Origin: Octopus sinensis
Lineage: Eukaryota
DNA length: 35,087 nt
NCBI RefSeq assembly: GCF_006345805.1
Contig: NW_021829925.1
Coordinates: 1-35,087, forward strand
Direction of reading: 5' to 3'
A model generated the notes under the pieces. That model saw only the letters and a program-made list of their open reading frames with translations, had not been told where the DNA came from and did no database searches. The position numbers and the translations under genes are program-made. Of the stretch, positions 10,552 to 23,305 are shown piece after piece (position 1 is the first letter of the stretch; each line of letters starts with the position of its first letter).

Positions 10552-10935
10552 GTGTGTTCCTGTCGTCTTCGCCATCATCTACAGTGCGCTTTTCGCAGTA
10601 CACTGATGACCCTACAACGAAAGTCTTCCCGATTAAGCGCGAGTCCTCCCATCCGACTTTCTCGTTGTGTCTTCTTGACAGAGATATTTGGGTGGGTTGC
10701 CATTTCCCTTCCAGTGCTCGATGGTTGTTGACGCACAAGGAACTCATCTGTCCTTCGGCAGGCCTTGTCTTTAGTCCCACTGGGTATCCAGATACCTTCC
10801 TCATAAGAATAGCAAGCTACTCAGATGGGAAGAGGGGACCACTTTGGCACCGACCATTCGGCCATGAGTCAGGTAGTACTAGCCTACATGGCATCAGTGT
10901 CTGGTCTCATCAGGCTGTGATGAGATACCTGACCT
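10552..10935 (-). mobile_element. RTE-type non-autonomous (bipartite) retroelement with (GAT)/(CAA)n tail
   Basis: Minus strand ctggaagggaaatggcaacccacc (10691-10714) resembles the RTE/BovB 5'-UTR motif GGAGAAGGAAATGGCAACCCACTCC. It is followed by frameshifted WED..NREDFRCRVISVLRKAHCR*, like an RTE ORF C-terminus, then gatgatg..aacaacaac. Confidence 0.55.
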
Positions 10936-11329
10936 GACTTTAGGGTGTTCCGGTAGTAATGTATAATCACTGGTAGAATAAGTGAAAACAGCGCCTTACA
11001 CGAAGGGTCTACCATTCTTTCTTTGCGGAATCCTGTATGTTGCCGCTCTGCCTGCTAAAAGTAACGACTAGGTCTCCCTCGGAGTAAATCCTATGATTAA
11101 AGACACAGTGTGTAATGCAGTCATAGACATCCTTTCAAAAATGGCAAGAAGGCCACGGTTAGAATGTCTTTGATCATGGTTCTATTTCCTCAAATTTGAC
11201 CGGGAACTACACAGCAATAACGACTCGTAGAGATCGCTGTCTTAAATATGGGTTCGATTCCCGGTCTCATCTCGTGCTTTCAATATGAAATATAGCACTT
11301 CGATTATAATAGATCGAACGTAACTTCAT

Positions 11330-11482
11330 GTGGATAATATCCTTTCTACAATAGGCACAAGATCTGAAATTTGAGGGGAGGGGCTAAGTCGATTACATTG
11401 ACCCCACCCCCCACCAGTGCTCAACTGGTACTTATTTTATCGACCCTGGATGGATGAAAGGCAACATTGAACTTTGTGGTAT
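11330..11482 (-). mobile_element. SINE family B 3' half
   Basis: ggctaagtcgattacattgacccc..cagtgctcaactggtacttattttatcgaccctggatggatgaaaggcaa. Confidence 0.75.
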
Positions 11483-12116
11483 TTCTTCCGACTTTCAGTG
11501 ATCGAAGTCCAAATGTTGTCGAAATCAATTTTACTTTAAAGGTCGATAAATAAAGCACCAAACGAAAGCATTAATTTATCGGAAATGTTGGCAATTCAAG
11601 TAAGTCATCCAGCCATATCCGTTCCTAATGTTATTCCTCTAACACCAACGTCTGGGACGATACTCGTGCCAAGCTGGACCGATCCAAGTTTTCTCTTCGA
11701 CAATAATGGTGGCGTGCAGAAGTCAGACGTGTACAGAATAAAACTGCCCGAGTTTATGATTTTAGTCTGGAGTTTTCGAGGAACAGACAAGAGAGCCATT
11801 GATTTAAATGTGTTGTTTGTATTAAAGTTGTTCGTGTATTCTTCTACTATAATTGTTTTCAACCCTTTGACAGCGAAATTAAATTTCATAGTTATTCTAC
11901 TAATAATGCTAAATGTCTACCGAAAATAGAATTGGTATTTTCTGCAAGTCACGTCGTCGGAGTAAAGTTGTCATGTCTCAAAAGAAAATAGTTCCAAGCG
12001 TGACATTCTACAACTAAAGATAGAATGTTGTATAAAACTGATTTCTGCAGTTAAGGATCATGAAGTGTTGTGTGGATATATCTGTTTTCCTCATAAAAGC
12101 GTTGGAATTCGCTCAA

Positions 12117-12187
12117 GCGTTGCTGTGCTGTAAGAAGCTTGTTCTCCAACCACATGGTTCTGAGTTCGACTTCAGTGCGTGGCACCT
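12117..12187 (+). mobile_element. SINE family A head fragment
   Basis: gctgtgctgtaagaagcttgttctccaaccacatggttctgagttcgacttcagtgcgtggcacct. Confidence 0.7.
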
Positions 12188-12265
12188 AATTTGTATGTGT
12201 ATATATGTATGTATGTATTTATATATGTATGCATATATAAATATATGTAATATATATATATATAC

Positions 12266-12352
<87 letters not shown>

Positions 12353-12415
12353 AGTAATAATGATGAAACTACTACTACTACTACTACTACTACTAATAAT
12401 AATAATAATAATAAT

Positions 12416-13075
12416 AAAGGCAATGCAGTTGACAATTACGGGCCGATATCCTGTTTACCACTTATGTGGAAGTTATTGACTGGAATACTCGCAGAGTCAA
12501 TGTACTAACATCTGAAAAAAATGGAGTCCTGCCACTTGTGCAGAAGGGTTGCCAGCGTAAGTGCAGAGGTACCAAGGATCAACTCCTGACAGACAAAACT
12601 GTACTCAGAGATTGCAAAAGGAGGAAAAGTAATTTAGTCATGTCATGGATCGACTCTCGTAAGGCGTACGATATGATCCCACATTCTTGGATTATGGAAT
12701 GCATGAACATGTTTGGGATTGCATCGAATATTGAGCGATTGTTTGGAAAAAGTATGGCGAATTGGAGGACGGACCTGACAGCATACGGAAGAAGTGTTGG
12801 GACAGTAGAAATTAGGAGGGGCATCTTCCAACGGGACTGCCTGTTCCCACTGATCTTTGTATTGTGCTTCATACCACTGACACTGATTCTGAGGAAACCA
12901 AAGGCTGGGTATGTATTCAAAAGCCCCCGGCACAAAGTCAACCATTTGTTATTCATGAATGACCTCAAACTTTATGGTAAAGATGAAGTCCAAGTCAGTT
13001 CCCTCGTTGATATCAGAATGGAGTTCGAACTAAGAAAGTGTGGTGAGTTAGTCTTGAAGAGAGGCAAAATCAAAT
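12416..13075 (+). pseudogene. Reverse transcriptase fragment of an R4/Dong-clade non-LTR retrotransposon
   Basis: [24 protein letters not shown] then frameshift to [66 protein letters not shown]; catalytic DD mutated to ND; begins directly after (TAA)n. Confidence 0.88.
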
Positions 13076-13389
13076 TTATTCTGTTTTCATGAATAGCTCC
13101 GTACAACGGCAAAAATGTGGACCCAGCGAAGAACCTGGCTACTCCATCCTATTGCGTGTACAGAGTACATTGTGAGCAACAGAAGGGAACTTACTTTGTC
13201 CGGAGCAACTTGAACTTTCGAAGGATGATTCTTGACCTATTGGGTGCCTTCATTATAAAATATGCATACGCCTTATTTAGTATTAGAAGTAAGGTTTCTA
13301 TTAGAAAAAAATATTGGTGAAGAAACTTAGCTGAAATATTGACAATTTCGTGATAAAGAAATTCTACAAATTCATTTATGACATACTCA

Positions 13390-13459
<70 letters not shown>

Positions 13460-13612
13460 GTCTATCTATCTATCACTCCTTTCTTTCACTATATATGTGT
13501 GTTTGTGTGTGTACGGGTGTGTGTGTATGAAGAGATAGATAGGTATGTATGAATGTATGTATGTATGTATGTATGTATGTAGGTAGGTAGGTAGGTAGGT
13601 AGGTAGGTAGGT

Positions 13613-13783
13613 CTGTGTTTGTCCCCCACCACCGCTTGACAACCGCTGTTAGTGTGTTTATGTCACATTAACTTAGCATAAAAGAGATCGAGAGAATAAG
13701 TACCAGGCTAGAAATTTCTTGAAGGCGGTGCTCCAGCATGGCCGCAGCCTAATGGGCGAAACAAGTAAAAGATAAAAGATAAA
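13613..13783 (+). mobile_element. SINE family A 3' half
   Basis: tgtttgtcccccaccaccgcttgacaacc..gaaggcggtgctccagcatggccgcagcc..gaaacaagtaaaagataaaagata. Confidence 0.8.
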
Positions 13784-14004
13784 CGCATTAGATTATCGTT
13801 CAGAATAGTCACCGGATGTTAATAAGAGGTCATTAATTATGTAGAACATTAATTAATGTTGGTCAGTAAGCATTCTGGTTTTCGCTTCTGCAAGAATCGT
13901 TTCGTCAGGAGTTAAGCGAATGGTTTTTGCATCTGCTTCGAGTTTCCTTTTTCCTATCTTCGTCGCCTTTAAAAGATACACCCCCACAAACACCGCGCTG
14001 CCGA

Positions 14005-14309
14005 CATCACTACCACCACCATCACCACCATTACCATCGTCGTCGTCGTCGTCATTACATCATTGTCGACGTTGTTATCATCATTGACATCACCATCATA
14101 ATCACCACTATCATCATCATCGTCGTCGTCATCATCCTCATTGTCATCATCATAATCACATCATCATCACCATCACCACCTCCATCATCATCATCATCAT
14201 CACCATCATCACCATCACCACCACCATCATCATCAACATCAGCAGCAGCAGCAGCATCACCATCATCGTCATCATCATCATTATCATCATCATCACCACT
14301 ATCACCTCC

Positions 14310-14340
<31 letters not shown>

Positions 14341-14650
14341 CCATCATCACGTCATCACCATCATCGCCACCACCATCATCGCCATCATCATCATCATCAA
14401 CATCCTCAACATCGTCGTCGTCATCATCATCACCACCACCATCATCAACATCATTATCATCGTCGTCATCATCATCATCACCATCATCACCATCACCACC
14501 ATCATCGCCACCATCATCATCAACATCATCAACATCGCCGTCGTCATCATCATCACCACCACCATCATCAACGTCATTATCATCGTCATCATCATTATCA
14601 TCGTCGTTGTCGTCATCACCAGCACCACCATCATCATCATCACTACCGTT
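14005..14650. repeat. Compound (CAT)n/(CAC)n/(CGT)n trinucleotide array
   Basis: Visible directly; produces the poly-H/S/M ORFs. Confidence 0.95.
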
Positions 14651-14755
14651 ATCGAGTCAAATCGTGATCATCTATAATTTAAGTTACCACAACTTAAAGC
14701 TCCGCTATTTTTGTTTCTTTCGCGGATTTAATTCAATAAGGAAATGGAAAACGAA

Positions 14756-14820
14756 AAAATAAAATAAAATAAAATAAAATAAAATAAAATAAAATAAAAT
14801 AAAATAAAATAAAATAAAAA
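14756..14820. repeat. (AAAAT)n pentanucleotide microsatellite
   Basis: Visible directly. Confidence 0.95.
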
Positions 14821-15326
14821 TGAAAGACTATTAAAAAGACAAACGATTGAATTTATGATGTTTTAGAGTTTAGTAACAATTATTACATAAGGATGCGCGC
14901 GCACGTGTGTGTGTGTGTGTGTTGTGCACACACACGACCACACACATACACAGCTAGACAGACAAACAAAGGTGTTTATATATACATAGAAACATACGTG
15001 TATATACATATGTGTGTGTGTGTATGTTTTGTATGTATATGTATGGATAGACAAATAAATGTATAAAGAACTGCAGAAAGAGTTGTATATCTATATATGT
15101 ATTTCAATATACATCACTCCCACTCAGTGTATATATGCATATATACATACACATGTATATATAAATACATATGTAGGTATATATATATATATACACATAC
15201 ACATACCTACACGCTCACATACATATATATATATATATATATGTATGTATATATATACACACACATATGGATACGCCCACATACATATCAACATATATGC
15301 TCACACATATATGCGCATACATATTC

Positions 15327-15329
15327 ACA

Positions 15330-15383
<54 letters not shown>
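15327..15383. repeat. (AAAG)n microsatellite
   Basis: Visible directly. Confidence 0.95.
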
Positions 15384-15385
<2 letters not shown>

Positions 15386-16085
15386 GTTGTACGCTACGTT
15401 GGCCAGGTCGAAAGTGGCCTCACGCACCGCTAGTCTTCTCCTAAACAAATGTATTCAAGCGAGATCCGCTTCATTCTAGATTGTTCCTGATCATATCTGA
15501 ACGTTTTGTCAAAGTAGCAATGTTTAGAATGAGTGAATTGTGGAAAAAAGGCGCTAAAAACAAAACATCGCAACGGAAAGTAAAGAGACCCTCTACTTGT
15601 TAAGGTAGATTCATACACCTCTACTTCCTGTGATTCTAACTCTACAACACTGCACTTCCGGTGTGTTTCCCCTTCCCTTTTGTTCGTTCATTACTGAAAA
15701 TTTTGTATCTATCCTTTATAAATATCAAGAAGTTGTATTTATGTAATGTTTTCTTTCCCTTTTCAATTTAGAATACATTTTGACCGGCTCCCTTTTGGTG
15801 GCAAAGTTCTGAAATAAAACACATCATCACCCTTTAAATCTTAAGAAGGGCTTGCAGAGTTTTATAGACCCAGATATCCTGATCATTTGTAGTATATGAA
15901 TTAAGGATTTGCGTTCTCTCTACATACTTTGCTCCAGACGGGTCGGTATGTATCCTGTTGCTTCAAGAATAACAGGTATGAAGCCGAAAGTGTATCTTGG
16001 TTTCTGGATTTGTTAACTCCTGATGAATGGTCCACAGACGTCGTCTTTCTCTTGTATTTTTCTAACCACATTCATGTCCAGAGGG

Positions 16086-16352
16086 CATGTATGTATGTAT
16101 GTATGTATGTATGTATGTATGTATGTATGTTTGTATGTATGTATGTATGTTTGTATGTATGTATGTATGTATGTATGTATGTATGTATGTATGTATGTAT
16201 GTATGTATGTATGTTTGTATGTGTGTATGTATGTATGTATGTTTGTATGTATGTATGTATGTTTGTATGTATGTTTGTATGTATGTATGTATGTATGTAT
16301 GTATGTTTGTATGTATGTTTGTATGTATGTATGTATGTATGTATGTATGTAT
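16086..16352. repeat. (TATG)n tetranucleotide array with TTTG variants
   Basis: Visible directly. Confidence 0.95.
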
Positions 16353-16641
16353 TATGTATGTATATGTGAATCAACGACTGTACACAGTAAATTCCAAGAA
16401 GATAATAATCCGAGTAGAGATCCAGAAATGATTGCTGTGGTAAGGTAATCCTTGAGATGGTGATTTAACCCGACCGGAATTCGGACGGTCCAAGGCAGAA
16501 AATGGTTCAGTGTAAGAAGGACCAAACTGGAATGATCAGGCGAGAAAATAGCATATATGGTGCAAAAAATGCAACGCAAAGTCGAGTTTAAAAAATTCAA
16601 ACACAGCATATTAGGTTGATGTTCAGCAAATGAAAGGAAAT

Positions 16642-16842
16642 GTTGTTGACGTTTCGAGCATTCGTTCTTCTTCTAAAGAAACAGATATTGAGAGAAAAAC
16701 CTGAGAGGGAAAATTGGAAGCATAAAAGCGCGCGTATACCCAACCGTTACACCCATTTCACCATTTTTCTTCTCCGCTCTTTTTCTCTTCGTCTGTATCC
16801 TATTTTTCTGAGGAAGAGTAAATACTCGAAACATTAAGCATA
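16642..16842. mobile_element. Degenerate inverted-repeat element with outward-facing hammerhead-like motifs (Penelope-pLTR-like)
   Basis: Left arm reverse complement ..gtttctttagaagaagaacgaatgctcgaaacgtc aligns with right arm ..tttttctgaggaagagtaaatactcgaaacatt; purine-rich then pyrimidine-rich inner arms. Confidence 0.6.
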
Positions 16843-17151
16843 TTTTCTTTTTTTCTCTATTTCTTGAGCTTTAAATTAATACTAACTCGGTGTTTAATTT
16901 TTAACCTCATCTTTGCATTGTATTTCATGCATCATATGTATGTCTATATGTACTCCGCCATACTTCTGTCTAGGTGTGTGTCAATATTTCTCAATGTGTG
17001 AAAGTCTGTGTTTATATGTATGTATTTATGAATGTATTTATGTATGTATGTATGTATGTATGTATGTATGTTTATGTGTATGTTTGTGTATGTATGCATG
17101 TGTATATGTGTATGTGTGTGCGTGTGTGTGTAAGTGTAGGCATTAAAAAAC

Positions 17152-17368
17152 TTTTTTACTTGTTTCAGTCATTTGACTGCGGCTATGCTGGAGCACTGCC
17201 TTTAGTCGAACAAATCGACCCTAGAACTTATTCTTTGTAAGCCTGGTACTTATTCTATCGGACCCTTTTACCGAACCGCTAAATTATGGGGATGTAAAAA
17301 CACCAACATCGGTTGCCAAGCGATGGTGGGGCGACAAACACAGGTACACAAATACATGCATACATACA

Positions 17369-17441
<73 letters not shown>

Positions 17442-17818
17442 TATTGTGTCTGGAGAGGGTCACTCTCTATTAATGCCTTATTAATTTACACACTCACCGG
17501 TTACATTTTCCTAAAATTTTCTTTGATTCTTGCAACCTCTTTGATAGTCGTTGAGAGTCAACGACTATTGAACAGGTTGCGAAAAGCAACGAAAATATAT
17601 AGAAAATATAAATAATAATATATGGAAATCGAACCAGTGAGTGAGTAAATAATAAGGCATTAAAACAGAATTACTTTCCCGACACAATAAAATATGCTTC
17701 AACACACGAATTCACATAAAATCTTTCCAAGCAATTACAAAAACGAGATATATATACATAATATATATATATTATATCCATATACATATATACATATACA
17801 TATATATACATATATATG

Positions 17819-17880
<62 letters not shown>

Positions 17881-17952
17881 TGTATATATACATGTAGATG
17901 TAGGTACGTACATATATGTTTGTATGTATGCATATATTTTTATTTATCTCCT

Positions 17953-17983
<31 letters not shown>

Positions 17984-18104
17984 GACGGGCTTCTTTCAGT
18001 TTCCGTCTACCAAATCCACTCACAAGTCTTTGGTTGGCCTAAGGCTATAGTGGAAGACACTTGCCCAAGATGCCACGCAGCGGGACTGAGCCTGGAACCA
18101 TGTG
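17152..18104 (-). mobile_element. SINE family A in two halves (17152-17345 tail half, 17981-18104 head half) separated by microsatellites and a nested palindromic element
   Basis: Both halves are in the same orientation and collinear with the copy at 7899-8307; that they form one element is inference. Confidence 0.7.
17441..17690. mobile_element. 250-bp palindromic MITE-like element
   Basis: Left end ttattgtgtctggagagggtcactctctattaatgccttatt vs right end reverse complement ttattgtgtcgggaaagtaattctgttttaatgccttatt; central 11-bp stem atagtcgttga-gag-tcaacgactat (17544-17568). Confidence 0.8.
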
Positions 18105-18227
18105 CTATGATTGACCCATCCTAATCACAATAGATATCTGAGTGTTGTGTTGCTTGTTTCTCTGGATGGTTTTACACTTTCGAGTAACCAGCGCACATAC
18201 GAAAATATATGGATATGGATGTGGGTG

Positions 18228-18260
<33 letters not shown>

Positions 18261-18282
18261 TATATATATAGAGAGAAGAAGA

Positions 18283-18316
<34 letters not shown>

Positions 18317-18447
18317 ATAAGAGAGAGATGGGGAGAATGAGAGGAGGAGAGAGAGAGGAGGAGAGAGAGAGTCAGAGAGATAGAGAGATAGAGAGAGAGA
18401 GAGATTCATTATATATGTAAATGACTTGCGTATGCTTTCTATGTATT

Positions 18448-18487
<40 letters not shown>

Positions 18488-18844
18488 GAAGATAAATATA
18501 ATAGTTTGCTTGAAGCATTGTGGATATAAAATAAATTATTGATATGTGTGTGTGTGTGTGTGCGTGCGTGCGTACGAGTAAAACACATTTGCACATTCAT
18601 GTCCTCAACTAATGGGAGTGTTAAATATTTCAAAAGATAAGTCAAGATGGACGTCATAGAATTCTATCTCAGAACATAAATACTCACACACACAGAGCGA
18701 ACGCAAAAATCTTTGAAGAACAATATTTTTAAAACGATTGTCCATTTTTTTGTTGTTGTTGTTGTCTTTTTTTTAAGAAACAATGTCCTGCACTCAAACA
18801 TAAGTACTTGGCCTATGTAATTGTACGTGTTGGTGATTACTATA

Positions 18845-18851
18845 ATGATAT

Positions 18852-18890
<39 letters not shown>

Positions 18891-18968
18891 CAACGACGAC
18901 GACGATGATGACGACGATGACGACGATAATGACGACGACGACGACGACGATGATGATGATGGTGATGA

Positions 18969-18999
<31 letters not shown>

Positions 19000-19046
19000 G
19001 ATGATGATGATGATGATAATGACGACGATGATGATGATGATTATGA

Positions 19047-19077
<31 letters not shown>

Positions 19078-19152
19078 GATGATGATAATGACGACGATGA
19101 TGATGATGATTATGATGATGATGTTGATGATGATGATGATGATGATGACGAC

Positions 19153-19193
<41 letters not shown>

Positions 19194-19318
19194 CGACGAC
19201 GATGATGATGATGATTATGATGATGATGATGGCGATGATGATGATGATGATGATAATAACAACGATGATGATGATGACGACGACGATAACGACGATGATG
19301 ATGACGACGATGATGATG

Positions 19319-19376
<58 letters not shown>

Positions 19377-19412
19377 TGATGATGATGATGATAATAATAA
19401 TAATAATAATGA
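18845..19412. repeat. (GAT)n/(GAC)n array grading into (AAT)n
   Basis: Visible directly; explains the 222-aa poly-Asp/Asn ORF. Confidence 0.95.
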
Positions 19413-19674
19413 TAGTATTAACAGTAATAATAATTTCGTTTTGTTTTCTGTTTACAAAATTGCTATTTCATCTTAGCTTTATAGTAATGAAGTCTGGAGC
19501 TTTTGTGCGTTCCGACTGAATATGGACGTTAAATCTACTTAAAGACTGTTAAATATTAAGAAAGAGTCTAATGGAATTCTAAAGACGATTCTTATAAAAT
19601 GGGATGTTAATTGAATAAAAAAAGTTCACTGAACGACTGGGACTTGTTTTATCGATATGGTATATTGATCATAC

Positions 19675-20380
19675 CAACTCCCCACAGCCCCAGACTGGCT
19701 GCTGAGAGGCGATCTCGTGCGACGGTTAAAGTTCCCAGATCACATCGTGCAAGCACTCTACCCACACATAGTGATCTTCTCAAGTTCCGTCCAACGTGTG
19801 ATCATGTGGGAATTGACAGTGCCCTGGGAAGAGGAGCACATGGAGGAAGTTCATCAGAAGGAGCTTGCCAAAAATACAGAGTTGGTAGAGCAGCGTAGAA
19901 ATCGCAGTTGCCAGGCACTTTCCGAGACAACTGAAGTGGGCTGCCCAGGTTTTGTGCAGCATTCTCTCTGCAAAGCTCTGGTCGGCTTTGGAGTCACTGC
20001 GGCCACAAAGATCTAAATTGCTTTGGTGTATACGAGGCAGCAAAGACTGCAAAGATCTTGTCGGCTTTGGAGTCACTGCGGCCCCAAAGAAGAACTAATT
20101 GGCTTTGGTGTATACGGGGCAGCAAATAAGTTCTGATAGACTTTGGAGTTACTAGGCAAGCAAAAGGGATAACCGGAAATTCTCTCCCTGAAACTGAAAA
20201 TAAACAGGACAAACCAGTGGTTTGCTGATACTAGGATGCAAGCTGGACTTTGAACAACGCCAGCAGGGTCAACAGGATGAGTGGGTCTGAGTCTGACGTT
20301 GAAAGTGCTAAAACTGCTTAAAATCCTAGAAACATCACTGACGATGCATCCTGGGGCATCCGCGCGATGTATTTTAAAAC
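19675..20380 (+). pseudogene. 3' end of a HERO-like (R2-group) non-LTR retrotransposon: restriction-like endonuclease domain plus 3' UTR
   Basis: LPTAPDWLLRGDLVRRLKFPDHIVQALYPHIVIFSSSVQRVIMWELTVPWEEEHMEEVHQKELAKNTELV..EVGCPGFVQHSLCKAL resembles the PD..ELTVPWE..EVGCRGF motifs of RLE elements; UTR-like gtctgacgttgaaag..acatcactgacgatg. Confidence 0.8.
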
Positions 20381-20702
20381 TAAATTTATCCTAAAACTAT
20401 GTAGTTCTAAAAAGGTAAAAACTAGTAAAATTCAATGACATTTTAATCTTCTCAAATTGAGTTTAATCTTCATGATTTACCGATTCTTCTGCTACCCAAA
20501 GATACGATCTGCAGAGTTACTGCCTTCACTAAATGTTATGAAAAACGAGATTGACGATTGAGGCATAATTATAATTTCTTTACTCAGTTTCTCTCATCTG
20601 CCATGTATTTTTGTGGCCTTCACGCATACATCATGTGTGCGTGCATGTCATTGTGCGTATATATGTGTATAAAAATGTATATATGTGTGTGCATATGTAC
20701 AT

Positions 20703-20735
<33 letters not shown>

Positions 20736-20744
20736 CGGATAGAT

Positions 20745-20775
<31 letters not shown>

Positions 20776-21136
20776 TAGACACACAAACGTACTTACGGGG
20801 AGGGATATATATATACATATACAAAATTTTATATGTATATATATATATATATATGTATGTATATATATATGTGCATATATAGATAGATAGAGAGAGAGAG
20901 ATGTAGATAGGTAGATATCTGTATGTATGAGTACGTGTATATATCTGTGAACTTATATACGCATATATATGCATATATACACACACAGACACGCACATAT
21001 CAACATATTGGCACCCAATATATTATAAGGCTAAACCTCGAATGTTTCATGTACATGTGTTTATATACACGAGAGAGAGAGAGAAAGTGTGTCAGATACA
21101 TATAGATATATATAAATAGATAAATTGATACGTATA

Positions 21137-21216
<80 letters not shown>

Positions 21217-21227
21217 GTGAATATAAA

Positions 21228-21339
<112 letters not shown>

Positions 21340-22076
21340 TATAATATTGTATCGGATATTCTTGGAAACCCAAGTAATTGTATGCTCCCAGTAAGAAATA
21401 CCGCAAGAACACTAACATTAACACTAAATATAATTCACAAATCAATAGGGAAACATTGAACATCCCATCGATCCTATCCTGGATCTATTTACATCCATTT
21501 TTTCTTTATTCCATTTCTTACAAAAAAAAAAAAAGAATGCAAAAATCTATAGAAAACCGTGAGTGCATCTTCTCCCGAATAATATCGATCTCAAATCTTG
21601 TTACAGTCACACTGCGTTCATCCTGGTCGTTCTTATTCAATGCAACATCTTTTGTCATCTTGTAATAATAATTTTGTCAGCGACGTAATTACTATTGTGT
21701 CACGAAATACGTGAACTGTTCTGAAGAAGTTAACGGTCCGGTTTATTAAGATGAAGATAATTATCGTCAGGAGATGACAATTGATTAAATCTCGAAATAT
21801 CTCAGATGAGTTCTTGCTAATAAGACGGTAATTTTCTGGGCTATTAGTTTTATCTTTACGGTATATATAATTACAATATTTATATATATATATATATATA
21901 TCATACGCACTCGCGCACGCTTGTATGTGTGTGTGTCACTGTGTGTCTGTGTGTGTGTGCATACACTTATTTATGGATATGTATGTAAATATACACCCAA
22001 ATAATTATATACGTGCATATATATATATACATATGCATATATATATATATTTATTTACACATATATAAGTATAGAT

Positions 22077-22113
<37 letters not shown>

Positions 22114-22121
22114 CCTATATC

Positions 22122-22438
22122 CAGTGGCGGACTGCGTCTTAAAATATTGTTTTCCAGGAGACTAAGGGGGCCTACCCGCAAGTACAAGGCGGCCCACCCG
22201 CAACTACAATGCTATAATTTATTTATTTATTTTTTTTGTTAAAAGTATTCTTTTCAACTGTCTACAAACATCACCAGACTGAAATAATTAATGCATTCTT
22301 CCAAGAGTGATTAAAAAATTCTCAAACTTGAGAGGATTGGCCCCTTAGATACTAACGTGGGGCCCCATATATGGATTCTAATGGCGCAGAGGCCCACTTG
22401 CCATCGGGCACGCTGGCAACCTGGCTAGTCCGCCACTG
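22122..22438. mobile_element. hAT-superfamily MITE (Tip100-like TIR), 317 bp
   Basis: Perfect 12-bp TIR CAGTGGCGGACT / AGTCCGCCACTG; 8-bp TSD cctatatc / cctatatt. Confidence 0.9.
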
Positions 22439-22565
22439 CCTATATTTATATAAAATAAAATGTATCAAAGTTTTCATAAAACAAGAAGTTTTGGCGCAGA
22501 AATTAAGCCATTATATCTTTTCATAATATTCCCACTAGATTTCACGCACACACACACATACGTGG

Positions 22566-22678
<113 letters not shown>

Positions 22679-23238
22679 ATATATATATATATACAAATTT
22701 GATTGATCTTCGAGAAACAAAATACGAAGCTTGCGCTGTAATATGAACTCACAGCGCCAGCGTTTTCTTAACTAAAAACCGAAAGTCAGACACTCCATTG
22801 TTTCTTCGAACTCAATATCCTTAAAAAATTTTCGTGATATTACAATTTTAATTATCCTAATCATTTAATAATTTAGTTTTGTTACAGATTAATTATTTTT
22901 GGTTTTTGTTTTTTTCTTGTTTTTTTTTTGCCGTTTTGCTCTGTATTTTTATCGGTCAAGTTTAATATCTTTTTTTCTGTCCCATGTCCACCTCTTGACG
23001 CTCAGTTATGACACTGTGCTAGTCGTGTACTACTTGGGCAAACATGCAGAAGACAAACAATAAAGATTTAAGTACACAGTCGTTAGAAAGATGAATTGTT
23101 TCTGGAAGTTATTAAGGCCATCTCATGTGTGCTAAAGAGAGAAACGAGAGAATTGGTTGTGTGACAAGAACGTTATTGCCTGAAGAGAAGGAACAAGTAC
23201 ACTAACTTGTAAACAAATTATTATCAATAATAATGATG

Positions 23239-23305
<67 letters not shown>

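Noticed and set aside
10601-10630. ctgatga-ccctacaac-gaaag hammerhead-like string
   Set aside because: Stem II cannot pair and there is no stem I/III partner; it is the antisense of the RTE-like tail.
11245-11270. ggttcgattcccgg B-box/T-loop motif
   Set aside because: No cloverleaf around it; a SINE-head remnant, not a tRNA gene.
11585-11929. Overlapping 114-aa (+) and 94-aa (-) ORFs in non-repetitive DNA
   Set aside because: No recognisable motif in either; such lengths can occur by chance. A database search would be needed to revive them.
13190-13231. Possible 42-nt minus-strand micro-exon (VKNHPSKVQVAPDK, ag..gtaagt); other lone splice-like sites at ~1248, ~9824, ~22745 and ~23010
   Set aside because: Weak acceptors and no consistent multi-exon frame; isolated GT-AG matches are expected by chance in 35 kb.
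13895-13915. ctgacgaaacg on the minus strand
   Set aside because: No stem II and no stem I complement.
18808-19519. 222-232-aa poly-Asp/poly-Met ORFs, and similar long low-complexity ORFs at 5436, 10178, 10413 and 13927
   Set aside because: They are translations of trinucleotide arrays that lack stops by composition; no domain or splice support.
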